NCBI GenBank assembly: GCA_965215605.1
Contig: OZ244070.1
Coordinates: 3,328,001 to 3,392,000, forward strand
Reading direction: 5' to 3'
Source: an uncultured Candidatus Binatia bacterium
GTDB taxonomy: Bacteria > Desulfobacterota > Binatia > UBA9968 > JAJDTQ01
DNA: 64,000 nt
The notes beneath the pieces were generated by a model. The model did not search any database and was not told the origin of the DNA. It was given only the letters and a program-made list of their open reading frames with translations. Of the stretch, positions 50,571-59,649 are shown piece by piece. Position 1 is the stretch's first letter, and the number at the start of each line of letters is the position of its first letter. The translations under genes and the position numbers were made by a program.

Positions 50571-51562
50571 ATCGCGAATTCCAGGTCACCGACATCCAGG
50601 TTTTCCTTCCAGCTCGTCCACATGTTCGTGGTCAGATATCGGCTGCCGAAATCGGGAAACACCGTCACCACGGTCCCGTGGGTGAGTTGCCGGGCGATTC
50701 TCAACGCCGCGACCATGGCGGCCCCGGAGGATTGTCCCACCATCAGTCCCTCTTCCTGGCTGAGGCGATAGACCATGTCGTAGGCGTCCTCCGTGGACAC
50801 GGGAACTTTGAGGTCCAGTTCCTCCTCGTGGTAGATCCCCGGGACGATGGAGCTGGCCATGTGCTTCAACCCCTCAAGTCCGTGCAGCGGTGCGTCCGGC
50901 TCTACCCCGATGACCGCGATCCGGGGATCCCGCTCCCTGAGAAACCGTCCGGCCCCCATCACGGTGCCGCCGGTGCCGACGCCGGCGACGAAATGGCTGA
51001 CCGCGCCCTCGGTCTGCCGGTAGATCTCCGGGCCGGTGGTCTCGTAGTGGGTCTGGCTGTTCATGGGATTGAAGTATTGATCGGGCTTGAAATACCTTCC
51101 CGGATCCTCGCCGACGATCTTGCGGCAAAGCCGGATGGCGCCGTCGGATCCTTCGAGGGGGTCGCTGTAGACGATGTCCGCGCCGAAGAACCGGATGATG
51201 CCCTTGCGTTCCTCGCTGACGTTGGAAGGCACTACCAGGCGGACGCCGTGGCCCAGCGCCGCGCCCACCATGGCGATGGCGATGCCGGTGTTGCCGGACG
51301 TCGAATCGATGATGATCTGTCCGGGTTTGAGCCGGCCCGTCCGGATCCCTTCCTGGATCATTCCGAGCGCGGGCCGATCCTTCACGGAGCCGCCGGGGTT
51401 GAACCCTTCGAGCTTCGCCAGAATGCGCACTCCCGGGGCGAGGTCGCGGGCGATTCGGCCGATCCGGACCAGGGGAGTGTTGCCCACGAGCTCGGTGACG
51501 GTCTCGACTTTTCGTAGCTCCCGTGCCGGCGGTGGGGCGTTCTTCCTTAAAGCGGTGAGCAA
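50567..51562 (-). CDS. cysM: Cysteine synthase family PLP enzyme (probably sulfur-carrier-dependent, CysM-like)
   Basis: GNTPL, KLE..NPGGSVKDR, TSGNTG, GVGTGGT, FPD.G.RYL. Confidence 0.85.
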   Translation of the reverse strand: MLTALRKNAPPPARELRKVETVTELVGNTPLVRIGRIARDLAPGVRILAKLEGFNPGGSVKDRPALGMIQEGIRTGRLKPGQIIIDSTSGNTGIAIAMVGAALGHGVRLVVPSNVSEERKGIIRFFGADIVYSDPLEGSDGAIRLCRKIVGEDPGRYFKPDQYFNPMNSQTHYETTGPEIYRQTEGAVSHFVAGVGTGGTVMGAGRFLRERDPRIAVIGVEPDAPLHGLEGLKHMASSIVPGIYHEEELDLKVPVSTEDAYDMVYRLSQEEGLMVGQSSGAAMVAALRIARQLTHGTVVTVFPDFGSRYLTTNMWTSWKENLDVGDLEFAI

Positions 51563-51566
51563 GCGG

Positions 51567-51845
51567 CTACATGCCTCCGGCGATGGCCGGCACGATGGAT
51601 ATGCTGTCTCCGTCCTTCAACGCGGTATCCAGGTTCTTGAGGAAGCGGATGTCGTCTCCGTTGACGTAGACGTTTACGAACCGGCGAACCTTGCCATTTT
51701 CGTCCATGATGCGTTCCTTGATGCCGGGGTGATTCTGCTCGAGATCGTCCAGCATGGCCGAAACCGTGGCGCCGTTGGCGCCGACCTCATCCGATCCCTC
51801 GGTGAACTTTCTCAACGGTGTGGGGACACGTACACGAACACTCAT
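51567..51845 (-). CDS. MoaD/ThiS/CysO-like ubiquitin-fold sulfur carrier ending ...IAGG-M
   Basis: V.VRVPTPLR...VRRFVNVYVN.DDIRF...L.T.L.DGD.ISIVPAIAGGM; RBS GGAGG. Confidence 0.92.
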   Translation of the reverse strand: MSVRVRVPTPLRKFTEGSDEVGANGATVSAMLDDLEQNHPGIKERIMDENGKVRRFVNVYVNGDDIRFLKNLDTALKDGDSISIVPAIAGGM

Positions 51846-51866
51846 GAAAGGACCTCCCTGTATGGT

Positions 51867-51926
51867 CTGGTGTCCTGTCCGGTCAATTCGCATCTTATGA
51901 TACGAATTGACCGGACAGGACACCAG
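51867..51926. mobile_element. 60-bp palindromic MITE-like element related to IS630 ends
   Basis: 24-bp perfect arms CTGGTGTCCTGTCCGGTCAATTCG / CGAATTGACCGGACAGGACACCAG with a 12-nt spacer; similar to the IS630 termini. Confidence 0.7.
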
Positions 51927-51975
51927 GATAAATCCGGTTTGCGGCCATTTCAACACGGGGACGCGGGCGAACCGG

Positions 51976-53241
51976 TCATCCTGCCCGCGCTTTCTCGCGG
52001 GTTCCCCGTGACAGCTCGGCGTGCAGCGCGTCGAAGGTGCCCAGGGTCGCGTCGATGCTGTAGGGCCGATCGACGATGTGCGCCACCGTCTCGATCGTCT
52101 TGTAGCCGTTCCCTGTAATGGAGATGACGATGGACTCGTCCCGCGGAATCCGGCCCTGCTCGATCAGCTTCCTCGTTACAGCAACTTCCGTGCCACCCGC
52201 CGGTTCCGTGAAAATTCCCTCGGTGGCCGCCAGCAGCTTGATGCCGTCGAGAATCTCTTCGTCGGTGACGTTTTCTCCCCAGCCGCCGGTCTCCTTGACG
52301 GTTTGAATCACGTAGTAGCCGTCGGCCGGGTTACCGATGGCGATGGAGGTGGCGATGGTGTCGGGTTTCACCGGATCGACCACGTCCGTACCCTTCTTGA
52401 GGGCGTCGATAATGGGGGAGCAGCCCGCCGCCTGGGCGGAGTAGATGCTGCACGGCTCGTCCGGACCCACCAACCCCACGGTCCGAAGTTCCTTGAACGC
52501 CTTGCCGAGCTTGGGAAGAATGGTTCCGCCCGCGGAGCCCACGACGATGTGGCGCGGCAGCTTCCAGCCGAGCTGCTCGGCGACCTCGAAGGCATGAGTC
52601 TTGGCCCCCTCGGAGTAGTAGGGCCTGAGGTTCACGTTGACGAAGGCCCACTGGTACTTGTCGCCGATCTCACTGCAAAGGCGGTTGACGTCGTCGTACG
52701 TCCCCTTGACGGCCACCGTGCGGGGGCCGTAGATGGCGGAGCCGACGATCTTCCCTTCCTCCAGCCCCTCGGGAATGAAGACGTAGCAGTTGAGTCCGGC
52801 GCTGGCGGCGTGGGCCGACACCGAGTTGGCCAGGTTCCCGGTGGATGCGCACGAGACGGTCTCGTAGCCGAACTCGATGGCCTTGGAGATGGCCACCGAC
52901 ACGACCCGGTCCTTGTAGGAGAAGGTCGGGTGGTTCACCGAGTCGTCCTTGATGTAGAGCTCGTCGACGCCCAACGCCTCGCCCAGGCGGCGGGCCCGTA
53001 TGAGCGGCGTGAAGCCCGAGTAGAGTCCCACCCTGGGGTCTTCCTCGATGGGCAAGAGCTCCCGGTAGCGCCACAGGTTGCGCGCCCGCGAGGCGATCTT
53101 CTCCCGACTCATGCTCTGGCGGATTCGGTCATAGTCGTATTCCACCTCGAGCGGGCCGAAGCAGTCCTCGCACACGTGGAGAGGGGCGGTGGAATAGTTT
53201 CGATGACACTCCCGGCATTTCAGTCCTTGAACAAAGCTCAT
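51976..53241 (-). CDS. Threonine-synthase-like PLP enzyme (second paralog; candidate O-phosphohomoserine sulfhydrylase)
   Basis: CxxC..CxxC N-terminus, PTFSYKDR, CASTGNLANS, FVNVNLRPYY.EG.KT, IAIGNPADG, TGNG.KT. Confidence 0.85.
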   Translation of the reverse strand: MSFVQGLKCRECHRNYSTAPLHVCEDCFGPLEVEYDYDRIRQSMSREKIASRARNLWRYRELLPIEEDPRVGLYSGFTPLIRARRLGEALGVDELYIKDDSVNHPTFSYKDRVVSVAISKAIEFGYETVSCASTGNLANSVSAHAASAGLNCYVFIPEGLEEGKIVGSAIYGPRTVAVKGTYDDVNRLCSEIGDKYQWAFVNVNLRPYYSEGAKTHAFEVAEQLGWKLPRHIVVGSAGGTILPKLGKAFKELRTVGLVGPDEPCSIYSAQAAGCSPIIDALKKGTDVVDPVKPDTIATSIAIGNPADGYYVIQTVKETGGWGENVTDEEILDGIKLLAATEGIFTEPAGGTEVAVTRKLIEQGRIPRDESIVISITGNGYKTIETVAHIVDRPYSIDATLGTFDALHAELSRGTREKARAG

Positions 53242-54026
53242 GCATCACTCCTTTGGGAGGCGGGCGAACCGGCGGACCCGCCGCAAGCCTTGCAGCGTGG
53301 GTTCGGCGGCACGGGTACCTTGCGTACCTCCATGGTCTTGGCGTCGTAGGTCAGCAGCCGGTTCACCAGCAGATGCTCCTCGAGTCCCACGATGTACTTG
53401 ATGGCCTCGGTGGCCTGGATGGACCCGATGGTTCCGGCCACCGCGCCGAGGATGCCGGCCTGCTGGCAGCCGAGGACCTCGCCCGGCGCCGGCGGTTCCT
53501 CGAACAGGCAGCGGTAACAGGCGCTCTCCGGCGGCACCACGGTCATGGTCTGCCCCTGGAGGCGGACGATGCCGGCGTGGGAGAAGGGCTTGCCCAGCGA
53601 CACGGCGACGTCGTTGACGAGGAACTTGGTGTCGAAATTATCGCTGCCGTCGATGATGAAGTCGTAGGGCGTCATGAGCTCGGCGGCGTTCTCGGCCGTC
53701 AAGCGCCCGTCGTGGACCGCCACGTCCACTTCGGCGTTGATCTCCGCGAGTCGCGACCGCGCCGATTCCACCTTGCGCCGGCCCCGGTCCGCCGTGGTGT
53801 GGAGGATCTGCCGCTGCAGGTTGGAAAGGTCCACCGTGTCGCCGTCCACGATGCCGAGCCTGCCGATGCCGGCAGCGGCCAGGTAGAAGGCGGCGGGGCT
53901 TCCCAAGCCGCCGGCGCCCACCACCAGGACGCTGGCCTGGCGCAGGCGGATCTGCCCGCCGCCGCCGACGTCGGGGATCATGATCTGGCGGCTATACCGC
54001 TCGACTTGCTCGGGATTCAGACGCAT
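53238..54026 (-). CDS. moeB: MoeB/ThiF/HesA family E1-like adenylyltransferase
   Basis: RYSRQ, GAGGLG, D.VD.SNLQRQ, DGSDNF, CYRC...CKAC zinc sites; no rhodanese domain. Confidence 0.9.
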   Translation of the reverse strand: MRLNPEQVERYSRQIMIPDVGGGGQIRLRQASVLVVGAGGLGSPAAFYLAAAGIGRLGIVDGDTVDLSNLQRQILHTTADRGRRKVESARSRLAEINAEVDVAVHDGRLTAENAAELMTPYDFIIDGSDNFDTKFLVNDVAVSLGKPFSHAGIVRLQGQTMTVVPPESACYRCLFEEPPAPGEVLGCQQAGILGAVAGTIGSIQATEAIKYIVGLEEHLLVNRLLTYDAKTMEVRKVPVPPNPRCKACGGSAGSPASQRSDA

Positions 54027-54044
54027 GGACCTGGCTCACAAACG

Positions 54045-54077
54045 AAAAAAAACCTCTTCCAAGATGAGAAGAGGTTT
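54045..54077 (-). terminator. Intrinsic terminator (expression platform of the SAM riboswitch)
   Basis: On the - strand: AAACCTCTTC-TCATCTTG-GAAGAGGTTT followed by a T run. Confidence 0.85.
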
Positions 54078-54084
54078 CTCCTCA

Positions 54085-54185
54085 CCTTATCTGTCCCTTG
54101 CGGGCCGGAATTAGCACCTGCGTTCCCTTGGGGACGCGGTTGCTGTGGCTTCGACGGGCCTGTCCCTCCACCACTCTGGATAAGG
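54085..54185 (-). ncRNA. SAM-I (S-box) riboswitch
   Basis: The - strand reads CCTTATCCAGAG.GG.GGAGGGACAGGCCC..CGAAGCC.CAGCAACC...GGTGCTAATTCC...AGATAAGG, matching the S-box consensus with P1 pairing. Confidence 0.95.
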
Positions 54186-54258
54186 CGTCAGTTCGTTACG
54201 GGGATTCTACATGGTTTTCCGTCATTGCGCAATTTCCATAATACGCGGTTCCCGCGTG

Positions 54259-54480
54259 TCAGTTCATGGAGCAGGCCCCCGGCCCCCTGGGGTCGCCGCA
54301 GCTTCCGCAGGCGCCGCCGGCCGGCATCCGGTCCTCCGTCGCGCCGTTGACCGCGAACACGGACGGCAGCCGCTCGAGCTGTTGGCCGCTGCAGGACGGA
54401 CAGGCCGGGCGGGCGGAGCCCAGCACCAGGTCCTCGAACTCGTGGCCGCAGCCCTTGCACTGGAATTCATATAGGGGCAT
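54259..54480 (-). CDS. FmdB family zinc-ribbon protein
   Basis: MPLYEFQC..CGH.FE.L.......CP.C....LER..S.F, plus a C-terminal CGSC. Confidence 0.88.
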   Translation of the reverse strand: MPLYEFQCKGCGHEFEDLVLGSARPACPSCSGQQLERLPSVFAVNGATEDRMPAGGACGSCGDPRGPGACSMN

Positions 54481-54609
54481 GACTGTTCTCCTTTCGACGG
54501 TCCGATCTGCCGGGCGGCCCACCGGGCCGAAGACACGTCCCGGCAGTATACTTCACCCGGGGGCGGTGGAAAACACTCCGGGTGTCCGGGAAGAATCCGA
54601 GGAGAGCCC

Positions 54610-55710
54610 ATGCTGTTCCTGAACAACGACGATGTGGCCCGCGTTATCGACATGCCGCTTTGCCTGGACTCGCTGGAAGGCCTCTTCCAGGAACTGGCCC
54701 GGCGCGACGCCGTCGGCATGGGACGCATGGATATGTACGTGCCTTCCGGCCAGGAAGCGCCGTACCACAGGCTCGCGCTCATGGTGGGGGGCAGCCGGAA
54801 GGACGGCTATGCCTGTATCCGCATCATTTCCGACATGGTGAGCTGGCCCATGGTGCGCGGCCACCGGCGGGAGAACAAGTACGCCCGCGAGCCGGGCACG
54901 TGGTGCGGCCTGCTGCTGCTCTTCAGCACCCGCGACGCCACCCCCGTGGCCATCATGAACGACGGCCGGCTTCAGCACGACCGCGTGGGGGCGGGCGCCG
55001 GGCTCGGCGCCAAGTACCTCGCCCGGGAGGACAGCCATGCGGTGGCGATGATCGGCTCCGGCGGCATGGCCCGGAGCTACCTTGACGCTCTTTGCCGCGT
55101 ACGGCCCATCACCAGGGTCACGGTGTTCAGCCTCGACCCGGCCAATGCCCGGCAGTACGCGGAGGAGATGCAGGCGCGGCATGAGATCGAGGTGGTGGCG
55201 GCCCCGGACGGGCGGAGCGCGGTGCGGGGCGCCGACATCGTGTGTTGCTGCGCTTCCGCCATCGAGCCGGTATTCTTCGCCGACTGGCTGGAGCCCGGCA
55301 TGTGTGTCATCGACGTCAATCGCAACTCCGTGGAGCCGGGGTTCCTGCGGGCCGTGGACGTTGCGGCGCGCCCCGGCGACGCCACGCCCTACCTGGAGAA
55401 GCCGCCGCCCGAGGCCTTCTATGCCAGGGGAGGCTACCTCGGCTATGTGGCGGGTCAGGAGGAAGAGAGGAGGTTGGTGCCGCGGGTGGACCTTACGCCG
55501 GAAGTCGTCGACATTCCCAAGCTGCCGGACCTCATGAGCGGCCGCATCTCCGGCCGCACCAGCCCGGAGCAGACCGCGTGGTTCATGAACATCGGCGCCA
55601 TCGGACCCCAGTTCTGCGCCGTCACGGCGGCTGTCTACGAACGCGCCTGTGAACAGGGGCTCGGCCGGGAGATACCGACGGAGCTTTTTCTGGAGGATAT
55701 ACGGGCGTGA
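54610..55710 (+). CDS. Ornithine cyclodeaminase/mu-crystallin family protein
   Basis: LFL...DV, LLF....G.P.AI, R.GA...., IGSG..A, ADIV...., W..PG. Confidence 0.85.
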   Translation: MLFLNNDDVARVIDMPLCLDSLEGLFQELARRDAVGMGRMDMYVPSGQEAPYHRLALMVGGSRKDGYACIRIISDMVSWPMVRGHRRENKYAREPGTWCGLLLLFSTRDATPVAIMNDGRLQHDRVGAGAGLGAKYLAREDSHAVAMIGSGGMARSYLDALCRVRPITRVTVFSLDPANARQYAEEMQARHEIEVVAAPDGRSAVRGADIVCCCASAIEPVFFADWLEPGMCVIDVNRNSVEPGFLRAVDVAARPGDATPYLEKPPPEAFYARGGYLGYVAGQEEERRLVPRVDLTPEVVDIPKLPDLMSGRISGRTSPEQTAWFMNIGAIGPQFCAVTAAVYERACEQGLGREIPTELFLEDIRA

Positions 55711-55741
55711 TGGGCCGTGAGGCGAGCTAGTGTCGACACTA

Positions 55742-56895
55742 GTATCCTGTCCGATTAATTAGTTGAAAAACAATACAGGGTGTAGTACCATGGGGAGAAG
55801 GGTGAAGGAGGCACCATGGCACGACCACCAGCAGGGATCGTTTTGAGTGAGGAAGAGAAGGCGGAGCTTGAGAGATGGAGCCGGCGGCGCAATACGCGAG
55901 CGGGTCTTCATCTGAGAGCGGGCGTGATTTTGGATTGCGCGCGAGGTTACACAGGGGAGGAGGTGGCGAAGCGACACCACACGAGCCAGCAGACGGTGTC
56001 GAAGTGGCGGGGGCGGTTCGCCCGAGAGCGACTGGCGGGACTGTCCGATGCTGTACGAAGCGGCCAGCCGCGCAAGCACAACGACATACGGGTGCAGGAA
56101 GTGTTGGACGCGACACTGAATCGACGGCCGAAGCATGCCACGCACTGGAGCGTGCGGAGTTTATCCGAGGACCTGGATGTGCCACGGGATTTCGTTCATC
56201 GTGTATGGCGAGCATTCGGGCTCAAACCTCACCTGTCGCGAAACTTCAAGCTATCCACCGATCCGCACTTCATCGACAAGGTGCGGGACGTGGTGGGTCT
56301 TTATCTGAATCCGCCGGACAAGGCGCTGGTGTTGTGCGTGGATGAAAAAAGCCAGATTCAGGCATTGGACCGTACCCAACCCGGTTTACCGCTGAACTAC
56401 GGCACACCCGAGACTCGGACCCATGACTATCGGCGCTATGGCACCACCACGCTGTTCGCCGCACTGGAGGTAGCCACGGGTCGAGTGTTGGGCAAGCTGC
56501 ACCGCCGGCACAGAAGCCAAGAGTTCATCGCCTTCTTGCGCCACATCGACTCGCAGGTCCCGGCCGCCTTGGAAGTCCACCTCATTCTCGACAACTACGG
56601 TACCCACAAGACCGCCCAAGTCAAGAATTGGCTGTTACGACACCCCCGATTCCACTGTCATTTCATCCCCACCTACAGTTCCTGGATGAACTTGGTGGAG
56701 CGCTTCTTCGCAACCTTGTCCGAACACCAGTTACGCCGAGGCACCTACCGCTCCGTGGTCGCTCTGGAGAAAGCCATACGAAATTACCTCGACCTGCACA
56801 ATCAACATCCCAAGCCGTTTCGTTGGACCAAGTCCGCTGATGCCATCATTGACTCCGTCACCAGCGTTATTAAACGAATTAACCAGACACCACAC
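55742..56895 (+). mobile_element. IS630 family insertion sequence (~1.15 kb) inserted at CTAG with TA duplication
   Basis: CTAG at 55739 and 56895; imperfect terminal inverted repeats GTATCCTGTCCGATTAATT and GTGTGGTGTCTGGTTAATT (reverse complement); lower GC. Confidence 0.9.
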
Positions 56896-56898
56896 TAG
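55816..56898 (+). CDS. IS630 family transposase
   Basis: N-terminal HTH; DDE motifs [18 protein letters not shown] and MNLVERFF; PKPF.WT. Confidence 0.95.
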   Translation: MARPPAGIVLSEEEKAELERWSRRRNTRAGLHLRAGVILDCARGYTGEEVAKRHHTSQQTVSKWRGRFARERLAGLSDAVRSGQPRKHNDIRVQEVLDATLNRRPKHATHWSVRSLSEDLDVPRDFVHRVWRAFGLKPHLSRNFKLSTDPHFIDKVRDVVGLYLNPPDKALVLCVDEKSQIQALDRTQPGLPLNYGTPETRTHDYRRYGTTTLFAALEVATGRVLGKLHRRHRSQEFIAFLRHIDSQVPAALEVHLILDNYGTHKTAQVKNWLLRHPRFHCHFIPTYSSWMNLVERFFATLSEHQLRRGTYRSVVALEKAIRNYLDLHNQHPKPFRWTKSADAIIDSVTSVIKRINQTPH

Positions 56899-57767
56899 CA
56901 GGGTGTCGTCAGCGAGCCCTCAAGCTCCAGGATCTCGCCCATGCGCAGTACATCATGATACTGGGCCAGGGACGCCATGCCGTCCCGGCGGCTCCGGGTG
57001 GTTCCTTCCCGCCGCAGGACCGCCAGGGCGTCGCCGACCGCCTTCACCAGGGTGTAGCGGACGGTGCCCGGGAACAGCGCCATCTTGTAACCCTCGGCGG
57101 CGGCTCCGCCGACCTCCAGGACGGAAGCCGGGATGGCTTCGTCCATGTTGACCACCAGCGGACCCCGGATTCCGCGACGGATCTCGCGGAGATCCTCCAG
57201 CGTGCCCGGAACCTGCACGAAGACCGCGTCGGCGCCGGCTTTGCGGTAGGCGCGGCCGCGCCGGATGGCTTCGTCGAGGCCGCCCGAGGAGCAGGCCAGG
57301 GTGCGCGCGATGATGACGGTGTCCGCGTCCGTCCTGGCGGCGGCCGCGGCCCGGACCTTCTCCACCATCTCGGTTTCGGAGACCAACGGATGTCCGCCTT
57401 CCAGCAGTCCGCACTTCTTGGCCGGCACCTGGTCCTCGATTTGGATAGCCGCCGCGCCCGCCCGCTCCAGCGCGGCGACGGTGCGGTGCACTTGAAGTGG
57501 GCCGCCGAAGCCCGTGTCGGCGTCCACCAGGAGGGGGATGCGCAGCACGTGGCAGATGTTCCGCACGTGCGCGATGAGCGCATCGGCGGACAGGAAGCCC
57601 AGGTCCGGAAGGCCCAGCAGGCTGGCCGTGGCGGCGTTGCCCCCGAGCAGGGCCAGCCGGAAGCCGGCCTGTTCCGCGAGCAGCGCCGTCAAGCCGTCGT
57701 GAACGCCCGGAACCGCAAGGCAGCCGTCCTCGGCCATTGCAGCCCGCAACCGTGAGGCGCTGGTCAT
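56895..57767 (-). CDS. Isocitrate lyase/PEP mutase family (PrpB-like) enzyme
   Basis: PG..D...[19 protein letters not shown]...KKCG, IIART. Confidence 0.88.
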   Translation of the reverse strand: MTSASRLRAAMAEDGCLAVPGVHDGLTALLAEQAGFRLALLGGNAATASLLGLPDLGFLSADALIAHVRNICHVLRIPLLVDADTGFGGPLQVHRTVAALERAGAAAIQIEDQVPAKKCGLLEGGHPLVSETEMVEKVRAAAAARTDADTVIIARTLACSSGGLDEAIRRGRAYRKAGADAVFVQVPGTLEDLREIRRGIRGPLVVNMDEAIPASVLEVGGAAAEGYKMALFPGTVRYTLVKAVGDALAVLRREGTTRSRRDGMASLAQYHDVLRMGEILELEGSLTTPC

Positions 57768-57894
57768 TCGCTTCACCTCCTTGACCGTTCGACCAACCGG
57801 GTGGTTGTGGGTATCATTCAGTAGCTTCCAATCGCGCGCAAGGCAAAGCGTGCTCCGGGGAGGCGGGTTGCGCGCAGGGAGGCGCCTGGTTGCC

Positions 57895-58998
57895 ATGAAG
57901 ATCACCCGCATCGATATTCATCCGTTGCAGATTCCTCTGAAAGGGGTTTTTCGCAACGCCCACGACGCCAAGACGCGGCAGGACAGCATCGTGGTGCGGG
58001 TCGGCACCGATGAAGGGATCACCGGTCTGGGCAACGTCGATCCGGATCCAGGTCATTCGGAGGAGAGCTTCGGCGAGACCCTCAAAGCGGTGCGGACGCT
58101 GGCGCCGGAGCTCGGCGGCCGGGATCCGCTGAACCTCTCGGCGGCGTTGGAGATCATGGACCGTCGCCTGCCGCGGCATCTGGACGCCAAGGCCGCGCTG
58201 GAGATGGCGCTGTTCGACCTCAAGGGCAAGGCGCTGGACCAGCCGGTGCACTCGTTGCTGGGCGGCCGGCTCAAGGACGAAGTACGTCTCAACGGCTGGA
58301 TCGGCCTGCTGGAGCCGGACGCGGCGGCAGCGGAGGCCCTGGGTTGGCGCGACGCCGGTTTCGGCTCGGTGAAGATCAAGCTGGGCTCGGGCGTCGAGGC
58401 GGACCGCGACCGCGTGGCGGCGGTGCGCGGGGCGGTGGGGGGCAGCCTGAGCCTCCGGGTGGATGCCAACGAGGCCTACAGCGTCGATGACGCCGTTCGT
58501 CTGGGAAAGGCGCTGGCGCCGCTGGGCGTGGCGCTGCTGGAGCAGCCGGTGTCCCGGGCCGACTACGAGGGTCTGGCGCGGGTGCGCCGCGGCATCGACA
58601 TCCCGGTGATGGCGGACGAGGCCGTCGTCGGACCGGAGACCCTGGTGGAGGTCATCCGGAGAGAGGCCGCGGACATCGTCAAGGTGAAGGTGATGAAGCA
58701 AGGGGGCATCACCCGCACCGTCCGCATGGTCCACATGGCCGCGGCCGCCGGCATCCGGTGTGTCATCGGCCACGGGTTCGGTCTGAGCATCAACACGCTG
58801 GCGGAGATTCACGTGGCCGCGAGTTGCGCCAACATCATGGACGGCTGCGAGTCGGTGGGCCCGCTCAAGATGGGCGGCGACGTGGTGGCGCGCCCCCTGG
58901 ACCTGCGGGCAGGACGGCTGTCGGTTCCGGAGGTTGCCGGGCTCGGCGCGGAGATCGAGGAGCCGGATCTGGCTCGCTGGGCCATGCCGGGGGCATAG
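57895..58998 (+). CDS. Mandelate racemase/muconate lactonizing enzyme family protein
   Basis: KIKLG (KxK), RVDANE, EQP, MADE, K..K.GG. Confidence 0.9.
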   Translation: MKITRIDIHPLQIPLKGVFRNAHDAKTRQDSIVVRVGTDEGITGLGNVDPDPGHSEESFGETLKAVRTLAPELGGRDPLNLSAALEIMDRRLPRHLDAKAALEMALFDLKGKALDQPVHSLLGGRLKDEVRLNGWIGLLEPDAAAAEALGWRDAGFGSVKIKLGSGVEADRDRVAAVRGAVGGSLSLRVDANEAYSVDDAVRLGKALAPLGVALLEQPVSRADYEGLARVRRGIDIPVMADEAVVGPETLVEVIRREAADIVKVKVMKQGGITRTVRMVHMAAAAGIRCVIGHGFGLSINTLAEIHVAASCANIMDGCESVGPLKMGGDVVARPLDLRAGRLSVPEVAGLGAEIEEPDLARWAMPGA

Positions 58999-59032
58999 CG
59001 GACAAACGTTTCGACACTCAAAGGAGGCAAAT

Positions 59033-59539
59033 ATGAACCAAACCGTCGGCGCGACGTTTCCGGATCTGGCCCTCAAGGACCAGACCGGCCAAGAGTTGGC
59101 ATTGTCGGGGATCACCGAGGGCAGGTTTCCCCTTATCGTGGTGTTCTACCGAGGCTACTGGTGAGGGAAATGCGTGGTGCAGTTGCGCCACCTGGTTATC
59201 CTGCAGGAGGAGCTTCCGTCTGCCTATTGCCGCGTCGCCGTGGTCAGCGTCGACCCGCCGCAGGTGAACGGAGCGCTCAGAAACGGTCTCGGGGCGACGT
59301 TCCCTTTTCTGAGCGACCACGAGCACAAGGCCATCGAGGCCCTGGACCTCGTCGACACCTCGGACAAGAAGCACGGGACCATCGCGATTCCATACGCCTT
59401 CTCGCTGCTGCCCGATCTCACGGTCCATCGCATCTACAATGGCTGGTACTACGTGGGCCGCCCCACCAACGAAGAGCTGCGGGCCGACATGCGGGACATG
59501 ATTCAGCAGTGCCGGGACGACTACGACCCCCAGGCGTGA
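59033..59539 (+). CDS. AhpC/TSA peroxiredoxin-like selenoprotein (UxxC, Sec44)
   Basis: Track ORFs 58934-59164 and 59174-59539 are in frame. The joined protein reads FYRGYW-U-GKC...VSVD...FPFLSD...P. Strong RBS AAGGAGG. Confidence 0.88.
59174..59191 (+). promoter_or_regulatory. Putative SECIS hairpin for the UGA at 59162-59164
   Basis: GUGGUGC-AGUU-GCGCCAC 7-bp stem; the loop begins 16 nt after the UGA. Confidence 0.65.
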
Positions 59540-59649
59540 GACACCCTGGTCGCGTCCATTTCGAGCCGGGGTCCAGGGGCGCGGGGTGGGTGGTCCGTCC
59601 CCACCGTCTTCGGTGGTCCGTCCCCCCGTTTTGTGCTAGTTCCAGCCCT

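Noticed and set aside
54259-54261. Sec read-through at the UGA stop of the Cys-rich FmdB protein (and other UGA-ending genes)
   Set aside because: The proteins are complete at the stop and there is no redox-motif context or clear hairpin.
58934-59539. Reading the peroxiredoxin-like gene as a nonsense pseudogene
   Set aside because: The stop is UGA exactly at the catalytic Cys position, it is followed by a SECIS-like hairpin, and there are no other lesions.
59589-59625. 14-bp direct repeat GGTGGTCCGTCCCC x2 upstream of bolA
   Set aside because: Only two GC-rich copies; too short to call a CRISPR or iteron.
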